Source: Geotalea daltonii FRC-32
GTDB lineage: Bacteria; Desulfobacterota; Desulfuromonadia; Geobacterales; Geobacteraceae
NCBI RefSeq assembly: GCF_000022265.1
Contig: NC_011979.1
Coordinates: forward strand, 2,130,001-2,162,000
Length of the DNA: 32,000 nt
Direction: 5' to 3'
Shown in pieces: positions 16,439 to 23,129 of the stretch (the stretch's first letter is position 1; each line of letters starts with the position of its first letter). The translations under genes were made by a program, and so were the position numbers. The notes beneath the pieces were generated by a model. It saw nothing but the letters and a program-made list of their open reading frames with translations. It was not told the DNA's origin and did no database searches.

Positions 16439-16696
16439 ATGTTTGTGATAAGAATAATAGCAATATCAGCCGCTTTAATGCTTTTGTCTGCCAATTTCGT
16501 CAACGCCGGTGAAGGTTTCAAGGAGGGTGGCAAACAGGTCGGACAAGGCTTCAAACAAATGGGGAAATCAACCGGTAAGGTTGCCAAAAAGTCGGGAAAG
16601 TCGGTTGGAAAGGCTTTCAAGGAATCGGGCAAGGCCACGGGCAAAGCTTTCAAACGTATGGGCAAGGATATAGGCAAGGCTTTCAAGGGGGAATAA
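16439..16696 (+). CDS. Small secreted Lys/Gly-rich protein made of 11-residue tandem repeats (uncharacterised)
   Basis: 85 aa. The signal peptide is MFVIRIIAISAALMLLSANFVNA. The mature part is GFKEGGKQVGQ / GFKQMGKSTGK / VAKKSGKSVGK / AFKESGKATGK / AFKRMGKDIGK / AFKGE. GGAG lies just upstream, and the start is ATG 16439 or GTG 16445. Confidence 0.6.
   Translation: MFVIRIIAISAALMLLSANFVNAGEGFKEGGKQVGQGFKQMGKSTGKVAKKSGKSVGKAFKESGKATGKAFKRMGKDIGKAFKGE
16508..16693 (+). repeat. Imperfect 33-bp tandem periodicity (coding repeat)
   Basis: The core aaggctttcaagg / aaagctttcaaac recurs at a 33-nt spacing, in frame with the 11-residue protein repeat. Confidence 0.7.
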
Positions 16697-16750
16697 TTCC
16701 CAATGCTTGTCACGTTTCCTTAACGAAATTAGACTCTGTCCGAGGTGTAA

Positions 16751-19700
16751 ATGAGCGTCAATAACAAAAACGGTGTGTATTTTCCGTTCGGTATTCAGAT
16801 ACAGAAAAAAATGTGGGAACTGCTGGACCTGGAGAAGGTTGCGGAGGAAGTCCGGTCCAGGAAGCAGCCCGATATCATATTTATCCGCCAGTTGGCGAAC
16901 CGCCTGAACAAGCAGCCAGAACGACGGGAACAGCCGGTACCTGCAGGGCTGCTTAATCTCTATGCCATGTTGGAAAAGATATATCGGTATGTGTTCGAGC
17001 TCTATGCACGGGAACAGTTTCCGGCCGTGCTTGATGAGGTGCTCCGCGATTCAGGCTATCCAGCTGATTCTCCGCAAATGCGATCAGTGCTGACCCGGTT
17101 TGCCGAGCATTTTCCCGGGGCCTCCATTTTGGAGAAAAAGGAAGATGCAGCCCGCTTTGTTGCTGCCGACGAAAATGGGGAGCGCAGGGGGCTTCTGCTG
17201 AAAGAGCTCCTGCTTTTACGACTCAGCGGCGAGAACAGGGCGCTGGACCAATTTAGTGCTTTATTTCACGCACCGGACCTGAAAGCCTCCGATGAGCATC
17301 AGGGACTGGAAACTGCTGCGGATGAAGGGCTTGCCGACGCCCCGCCCATGGAACCTTTCGGTGTTCCCTTGCCTCACCTGCTACGGGCTCCCATGCTCGC
17401 ATCCCCTTTTTCCCTTCCCGGCCAGATCGATTATATCCGCGCCAACTGGCGCTCGATCTTGCCTCCCGACCTGCTGGCCGAGCTTCTCACCGCCATGGAC
17501 ATCGTTAAGGAGGAAGAGCGGGAATTCTGGGGCGGCCCCGGCAGGCCCCAGGTGTTGGAATTCCTCAAGGGCAAACGGCTTGGCAAGGAGGGGTATGATT
17601 ATCCCGAATATGACCGGTTTTCTCCCGATGCCGAATGGATGGCCAATGTGGTCATGCTGGCGAAGATGGTCTATGTCTGGCTCGATCAGTTGTCGAAGCA
17701 GTACAAAAGACCCGTCCATCGCCTTGATCAGGTGCCGGACGAGGAGCTGGACATGCTTTCCCGGTGGGGGTTTACCGGCCTTTGGCTGATCGGTCTCTGG
17801 GAGCGCTCACCGGCTTCCCAGCGCATCAAGCAGATTTCGGGGAATCCGGATGCCTTTTCTTCGGCCTACTCACTCTACGATTATGTCATCGCCAATGATC
17901 TGGGTGGGGACGAGGCCCTGGCAAACCTGAAGGAGCGTTGCCGGCAGCGGGGCATACGCCTGGCCAGCGACATGGTGCCCAACCACACCGGCATCTATTC
18001 CCGCTGGACGGTGGAACATCCCGACTGGTTCGTCCAATTGGATTATCCGCCGTATCCTGCCTATTCCTTCAATGGCCCGGACCTCTCCTTTTCATCGGAG
18101 GTCAGTCTGAACATTGAGGACGGCTACTGGACCAAAACCGATGCAGCGGTCGTCTTCAAGCATTATGACCATCGCGATGGCAGGACCCGCTACATCTACC
18201 ATGGCAACGACGGCACCTCCACCCCCTGGAACGACACGGCCCAGCTCAATTATTTGTTGCCCCAGGTGCGCGAGGCTGTCATCCAGACCATTCTCCATGT
18301 GGCCCGCCAGTTTCCCATCATTCGCTTCGATGCGGCCATGACCCTGGCCAAAAAGCATTACCAGCGCCTCTGGTATCCCCAGCCGGGTCACGGAAGCGGT
18401 GTCCCTTCCCGTTCCGAACACGGCATGAGCCGTGAGGAATTCGATGCCGCCTTCCCCGTGGAGTTCTGGCGCGAAGTGGTGGACAGGGTGGCGGCGGAAG
18501 CTCCGGGAACGCTGCTGCTGGCCGAGGCATTCTGGCTCATGGAAGGCTATTTCGTCCGTACTCTGGGCATGCACCGGGTCTACAACAGCGCCTTCATGAA
18601 CATGCTGAAGATGGAGGAAAACGCCAAGTACCGCCAGACCATCAAGAATGTCCTCGAATACGACCACCGCATTCTGCCCCGCTTCGTCAATTTCATGAAC
18701 AACCCCGATGAAAAGACGGCGGTGGAGCAATTCGGCAAGGAAGGTAAATACTACGGCGCCTGCGTTCTCCTTGTCACCATGCCTGGTCTGCCCATGATCG
18801 GCCATGGTCAGATCGAGGGCTTTCGCGAGAAATACGGCATGGAATATCGGCACGCCCACTGGGATGAACAGGTTGACGAGCACATGGTCAGGATGCACGA
18901 GGAGAAGATTTTTCCGCTCATGGGCAAGCGCTGGCTCTTCAGCGGCTCCGAAAACTTTGTCCTCTATGACTTCTTTGCCGGCGGCCAGGTGAACGAGGAT
19001 GTTTTTGCCTACTCAAACCTCAAGGGATGCGAGCGGGGAATCATCCTCTATCATAACAAGTTTGCCGAAACCGCCGGATGGATCAGGACATCGACGGCGA
19101 TCGGCGTCAAGGGGGCCAACGGCGAGACGGTGCTCGTGCAGAAGAGTCTTGGCGATGCATTATGTTTCAATGGCGATGGCCGTTGCTATTATATCTTCAG
19201 TGATTACGCTTCGGGATTGGAATATATCCGTTCCGGGCGGGAGCTCAGCGACAGCGGGCTCTTTGTGGAACTGAAAGCCTTTGAATACCACGCTTTTCTC
19301 GATTTTCGCGAGATCTGGGATGATGAATACGGCACCTGGGGCCAGCTTTGCCATTCATTGAACGGCAGCCCGGCCCCGAGTATGGACGAGGAAGTAAAGC
19401 AGGTCCGATATAAGGGATTGAACAACCGGTTGCGCGAACTTCTTGCCTTGCAGGCCGTTGACCAGGAAGAAACAGAGAAACCAGTGGCCGAGCAATTCAG
19501 AAACCGCCTGACTGCATTTCTGGTCGCCTTGGCAGAACATACAGGTGACGTTGGTAAATGGGAACGCCTTGTTGCCGCCCTTGCCCGGCAACATGCACTT
19601 TTCAGCAGGCTGACTACCCATAAAACCGGGGATGTACCCATCGACGAGCCGCTGCTCCAATTCGGAGAGGTAATGGGAACAAGGATCGGCAGGCTTATCT

Positions 19701-20233
19701 GTTATTCCTATATCTGCCTCCATGCCGCCGGCAGACTGGTGGATGAAAAGGCATATCCCCATGCTTCCGCCGAATTTTTCTCCAGGTTTGGTCTTTACCG
19801 GCCTCTTGAAGAGTCTTTCCACGCCATTTCCGAAGAAGTATGGCAGCGTTTCCCTGGAATGGACCCTGCTACGGCTGGCAGCCTGATACGGGTCATGACC
19901 GAACATCAGCTGTTGCTTTCTACAGCAGTGGAGAAAGACCGTGAAAGAGACTTTACCGTCCTCCTGGAAGAGACGCAGGCCCGGGCGTTCCTCCTTGTCA
20001 ACCGGAGCAACGATCACGAATGGTTCAACAGGGAACGTTTCGAGATGCTGTTGACCTGGCTGGGTGTCGCTGCCCTTTTTGATACGGAAAAGGAATTTGA
20101 CGCCGACGAATTAATGGCCATGGCAAAGGCACTACAGAAGGAAATCACGGAAATAACAGGCAAAGCTCAGGAAGCAGGCTTTGAGGTAAAAGAGTTTTTA
20201 GCCCTGGTTAAACCTGCGGAAGTGGAGGAATGA
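16751..20233 (+). CDS. Large alpha-amylase-family (GH13-like) protein with long N- and C-terminal extensions
   Basis: 1160 aa. GH13 region I is DMVPNH (nt ~17951-17992), region II is IIRFDAAMT (~18314-18346), region III is LLLAEAFW (~18511-18537) and region IV is FMNNPD (~18683-18712). Confidence 0.85.
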   Translation: MSVNNKNGVYFPFGIQIQKKMWELLDLEKVAEEVRSRKQPDIIFIRQLANRLNKQPERREQPVPAGLLNLYAMLEKIYRYVFELYAREQFPAVLDEVLRDSGYPADSPQMRSVLTRFAEHFPGASILEKKEDAARFVAADENGERRGLLLKELLLLRLSGENRALDQFSALFHAPDLKASDEHQGLETAADEGLADAPPMEPFGVPLPHLLRAPMLASPFSLPGQIDYIRANWRSILPPDLLAELLTAMDIVKEEEREFWGGPGRPQVLEFLKGKRLGKEGYDYPEYDRFSPDAEWMANVVMLAKMVYVWLDQLSKQYKRPVHRLDQVPDEELDMLSRWGFTGLWLIGLWERSPASQRIKQISGNPDAFSSAYSLYDYVIANDLGGDEALANLKERCRQRGIRLASDMVPNHTGIYSRWTVEHPDWFVQLDYPPYPAYSFNGPDLSFSSEVSLNIEDGYWTKTDAAVVFKHYDHRDGRTRYIYHGNDGTSTPWNDTAQLNYLLPQVREAVIQTILHVARQFPIIRFDAAMTLAKKHYQRLWYPQPGHGSGVPSRSEHGMSREEFDAAFPVEFWREVVDRVAAEAPGTLLLAEAFWLMEGYFVRTLGMHRVYNSAFMNMLKMEENAKYRQTIKNVLEYDHRILPRFVNFMNNPDEKTAVEQFGKEGKYYGACVLLVTMPGLPMIGHGQIEGFREKYGMEYRHAHWDEQVDEHMVRMHEEKIFPLMGKRWLFSGSENFVLYDFFAGGQVNEDVFAYSNLKGCERGIILYHNKFAETAGWIRTSTAIGVKGANGETVLVQKSLGDALCFNGDGRCYYIFSDYASGLEYIRSGRELSDSGLFVELKAFEYHAFLDFREIWDDEYGTWGQLCHSLNGSPAPSMDEEVKQVRYKGLNNRLRELLALQAVDQEETEKPVAEQFRNRLTAFLVALAEHTGDVGKWERLVAALARQHALFSRLTTHKTGDVPIDEPLLQFGEVMGTRIGRLICYSYICLHAAGRLVDEKAYPHASAEFFSRFGLYRPLEESFHAISEEVWQRFPGMDPATAGSLIRVMTEHQLLLSTAVEKDRERDFTVLLEETQARAFLLVNRSNDHEWFNRERFEMLLTWLGVAALFDTEKEFDADELMAMAKALQKEITEITGKAQEAGFEVKEFLALVKPAEVEE

Positions 20234-20940
20234 CAAACTTGCAGCCAAGATTCCCAATGCTTAAGTACCTTACGATCCTGTTGATGTTGTTTTCTACGGC
20301 ATGTGCCACCATTTCCAGACCAACAGCCGTTCCGGCGCCCGGAAAAGAGATCGAAACCGTTCAATCTCCCGTCTCCGTCACCGTCAAGACCGCCCAGCGC
20401 AGTGTCGGCGGCAGGGGCTATCTGGTCTTCAGGCATCCCGACCAGTTCCATATGGCAATACTGTCTCCCTTCGGTTTTACCATCATGGAGATGTACAGTG
20501 ACGGAGAGCGGTTGACCTGCATCATACCCTCCAGGGATGTGGCATATCAGGGGCTTTTATCCGAATTGCCGGAACAGGGAGGACTAAAGAACTGGGGCCT
20601 GATCAAATGGGTGGTGGAGCGGCCGCCTGTTGCCGGGCCGTCCCTGGGAGCCACGGAAATTGTCATGGCCGATGGCCGCCGGGAGCAGATCTTTTTTGAC
20701 AGCAAGGGGCTCGTCCAGCGCAAGGTGACCGAGGATGGTGACGAAGCCGTGTATCAGAGTTACCGTGATGTGAACGGCGTCGCTTTTCCCGAATCGATAG
20801 AAATGATTAACCGGAACGGAGACCGGGTGAAAATCGCCTTCGACGATCCGGAGGTAAACGAGCCAGTTGAAGAAGCTGCATTGAAGCCGAGGCTCGAAAA
20901 CTTTACCCTCCTTCCACTGAGTGAATTCAGGGGGCTTTAG
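20230..20940 (+). CDS. Probable lipoprotein, possibly LolB/DUF4292-like (hypothetical)
   Basis: 236 aa. The N-terminus MLKYLTILLMLFSTAC is lipobox-like. The beta-rich body (GRGYLVFRHPDQFHMAILSPFGFTIMEMY) is reminiscent of LolB-fold lipoproteins. There is a 4-bp ATGA overlap with the GH13 stop, and ATG 20257 is an alternative start. Confidence 0.65.
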   Translation: MTNLQPRFPMLKYLTILLMLFSTACATISRPTAVPAPGKEIETVQSPVSVTVKTAQRSVGGRGYLVFRHPDQFHMAILSPFGFTIMEMYSDGERLTCIIPSRDVAYQGLLSELPEQGGLKNWGLIKWVVERPPVAGPSLGATEIVMADGRREQIFFDSKGLVQRKVTEDGDEAVYQSYRDVNGVAFPESIEMINRNGDRVKIAFDDPEVNEPVEEAALKPRLENFTLLPLSEFRGL

Positions 20941-20963
20941 CCGTTGAAGGAGAAACATTACTC

Positions 20964-20999
20964 AAAAAAGCCTCCATCGGTACCGGTGGAGGCTTTTTT
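20964..20999. terminator. Bidirectional rho-independent terminator
   Basis: AAAAAA-GCCTCCATCGG-TA-CCGGTGGAGGC-TTTTTT. The 11-bp stem has one G-U pair, with an A-tract on one side and a T-tract on the other. It sits between convergent transcription units. Confidence 0.75.
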
Positions 21000-21007
21000 A
21001 TCAGTAA

Positions 21008-21163
21008 CTATTTCATCTTTCGTGTTTTCAGCCCGCACAAAGGGCAGCGCTTCTCAGGGACTTCCTTTTTGCAGTTGTCGCACCAGTATGTCGGTCTCTG
21101 GCTGCACACCTCGCACTGCAGGTCCTGCATTCCACCAGGACAGGTGCATTGCCTGTCATTCAT
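21008..21163 (-). CDS. 51-aa Cys-rich zinc-ribbon/rubredoxin-knuckle-like small protein (below the ORF-track size cut-off)
   Basis: Hand translation of the minus strand gives MNDRQCTCPGGMQDLQCEVCSQRPTYWCDNCKKEVPEKRCPLCGLKTRKMK*. It has 8 Cys arranged as CxC plus three CxxC, including CPLCG. GGAGAG lies 5-6 nt upstream of the ATG. It is 58 nt downstream of the nitroreductase stop and ends just before the terminator. Confidence 0.55.
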   Translation of the reverse strand: MNDRQCTCPGGMQDLQCEVCSQRPTYWCDNCKKEVPEKRCPLCGLKTRKMK

Positions 21164-21221
21164 GTCGTCTCTCCATGGACAAGATAAAGAAGTCTCTGAG
21201 AGCGGACCCTTGCAAAATCAG

Positions 21222-21782
21222 CTATACCTTCCATCTTTCCAGAAAGAAAATCTCCTCCAGCGGCTTTCGCGGCGGCCCCGGTTTCCATTCGTCCTGGGGA
21301 TAGCCCATGGGAAACAGTCCGACGATGCGGACCTCCGGCGGGATGTCCAGGAGTTCCCCCAGCCCTTCCTCATCGAAAACCCCGACAAAGACACTGCCAA
21401 GTCCGAGACTGTGGGCCGCGAGCATCATGTTTTCTGCAGCTATGCCCACATCAGCCATGTAATAGTGCTGCCCGTGAAGGTCCCCCGACTGGACCGGGTC
21501 GGCACAGGCGACAATCACCACCGGCGCATCGGCGAGAGCTTGTTTGGCCGGGTTTGTCTTGTAGCCTTTGGGGGCGAAGAAGGCCTCCACATAGGAAAGG
21601 TCGCTGATCTTCTCCCGTGTGGCAGCATCCTTTACGATGATAAATCTCCAGCACTGCATGTTTGCCCATGAAGGAGCAGCCTGGGCGGCTTCCATCATTG
21701 CCTGGAGCTTTTCCGGCTCCACCGGTCGGTCAGAAAACTTGCGCACGCTTCTTCTTGTCCTGATTGCTTCCATTGTATCCAT
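21222..21782 (-). CDS. Nitroreductase-family flavoprotein
   Basis: 186 aa. The N-terminus [18 protein letters not shown] is the classical nitroreductase signature. Also present are [14 protein letters not shown] and a [18 protein letters not shown]-type region. Confidence 0.9.
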   Translation of the reverse strand: MDTMEAIRTRRSVRKFSDRPVEPEKLQAMMEAAQAAPSWANMQCWRFIIVKDAATREKISDLSYVEAFFAPKGYKTNPAKQALADAPVVIVACADPVQSGDLHGQHYYMADVGIAAENMMLAAHSLGLGSVFVGVFDEEGLGELLDIPPEVRIVGLFPMGYPQDEWKPGPPRKPLEEIFFLERWKV

Positions 21783-21921
21783 TCATGCCTCCTTCGTCGC
21801 TGACTGCAAAACTACAGAATTCTACCATAGAAACCATCAATGGGAAGGGTTCTTCATCGGGACTCTAAAATCTAAAGCGTGGCTCCACAGTGCCTGTTGT
21901 GAAAATCAGCAACCGGACCTC

Positions 21922-21949
21922 TTGGATGGGGGCCACAAGATGTTATACT
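21922..21949 (+). promoter_or_regulatory. Candidate sigma-70 promoter for the GT4 gene
   Basis: TTGGAT-N16-TATACT, about 60 nt upstream of ATG 22010. This is a pattern match only. Confidence 0.3.
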
Positions 21950-22009
21950 GAAATGAGTGATATTTAATACTTCCCTTTTCCATTATCCTGCACCTTCGGG
22001 AGACATGCC

Positions 22010-23113
22010 ATGAGAATAGCACAGGTATCGCCTTTATACGAACGGGTGCCCCCCCTTTACTATGGTGGAACGGAGCGGATAGTCGCCTATCTTACGGATG
22101 CGCTGCTGGCTATGGGGCATGATGTTACCCTCTTTGCCAGCGGCGATTCCATCACTGCCGCCCGGCTGGTCCCCTGCTCGAAGAATTCCCTGCGCCTGGA
22201 TAAGAACTGCGTCGATCCCATTCCCCACCACCTGCTGATGCTGGAACAGGTGATGCGCCGGGCAGAGGAATTCGATATCATTCATTTCCACACCGATTAT
22301 TTCCACTTTCCCTTTTCCCGGCGCTACGGCTATCCCGGCGTGACTACGCTGCACGGGCGGCTGGACATTCCCGACCTGGTGCCTCTTTATCGCGAGTATT
22401 CGGAGATCCCGGTCGTTTCAATCTCCGACGCCCAACGTCGCCCTCTACCCTGGATAAACTGGACCGGCACCGTTCATCACGGTCTGCCACCGGATTTGCT
22501 CCCTTATACGGAACAGACGAAAAACTATCTGGCTTTCCTTGGCCGTATTTCTCCGGAAAAAGGGCTTGATGTGGCCATTGCCATTGCCGAGCAGAGCGGC
22601 ATCAAGCTCAAGGTTGCCGCCAAGGTCGACAAGGAAAATCTGGATTATTACGAAAGCGTCATCAGGCCTCTGATGAATAGCCCATGGGTGGAATACGTGG
22701 GGGAGATCGGCGAGGAGGAAAAGAAGGCCTTTCTCGGCGAAGCGCTGGCACTTGTCTTTCCCATCGACTGGGAGGAGCCGTTCGGCCTGGTGATGATAGA
22801 GTCCATGGCCTGCGGTACGCCGGTCATAGCTTTTGGCCGCGGTTCGGTTCCGGAGGTGGTGAAAGACGGTGTTTCCGGTTATGTGGTCAAGGGTATCGGG
22901 GAAGCAGTGGCGGCTGTGGCAGATATCGGCTCCATAAGCCGCCGGGGTTGCAGGAGATACTTCGAGGAGCATTTTGTTGCGAGGCGCATGGCTGCCGATT
23001 ACCTGAACATCTATGAGGATATAATTGAAGGCATAGCGGCAAGCAAGACAAAGCCGCTGAAGAATGTCGTCCTGCCACGGCATGGGATGATGGGGGTCGG
23101 TCAGAACGGCTGA
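22010..23113 (+). CDS. Family 4 glycosyltransferase (GT-B, group 1)
   Basis: 367 aa. The N-terminus is MRIAQVSPLYERVPPLYYGGTERIVAYLTDALLAMGHDVTLFASGDS, and the C-terminal EEPFGLVMIESMACGTPVIA carries the E-x7-E motif. Confidence 0.9.
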   Translation: MRIAQVSPLYERVPPLYYGGTERIVAYLTDALLAMGHDVTLFASGDSITAARLVPCSKNSLRLDKNCVDPIPHHLLMLEQVMRRAEEFDIIHFHTDYFHFPFSRRYGYPGVTTLHGRLDIPDLVPLYREYSEIPVVSISDAQRRPLPWINWTGTVHHGLPPDLLPYTEQTKNYLAFLGRISPEKGLDVAIAIAEQSGIKLKVAAKVDKENLDYYESVIRPLMNSPWVEYVGEIGEEEKKAFLGEALALVFPIDWEEPFGLVMIESMACGTPVIAFGRGSVPEVVKDGVSGYVVKGIGEAVAAVADIGSISRRGCRRYFEEHFVARRMAADYLNIYEDIIEGIAASKTKPLKNVVLPRHGMMGVGQNG

Positions 23114-23129
23114 TATCGCGGGAGGAGCC

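Noticed and set aside
16508-16693. The 33-bp periodic repeats could suggest a CRISPR-like or other non-coding array.
   Set aside because: The units are contiguous with no spacers, imperfect, in frame with an ORF and only about 5.5 units long. No cas genes are present.
16384-16713. A 109-aa minus-strand ORF with KALPxxLP-type repeats, opposite the small repeat-protein gene.
   Set aside because: Its repeats are simply the reverse complement of the 33-bp periodicity. The plus-strand ORF has a signal peptide and an adjacent GGAG, and the minus-strand ORF has neither. The strand choice remains unproven.
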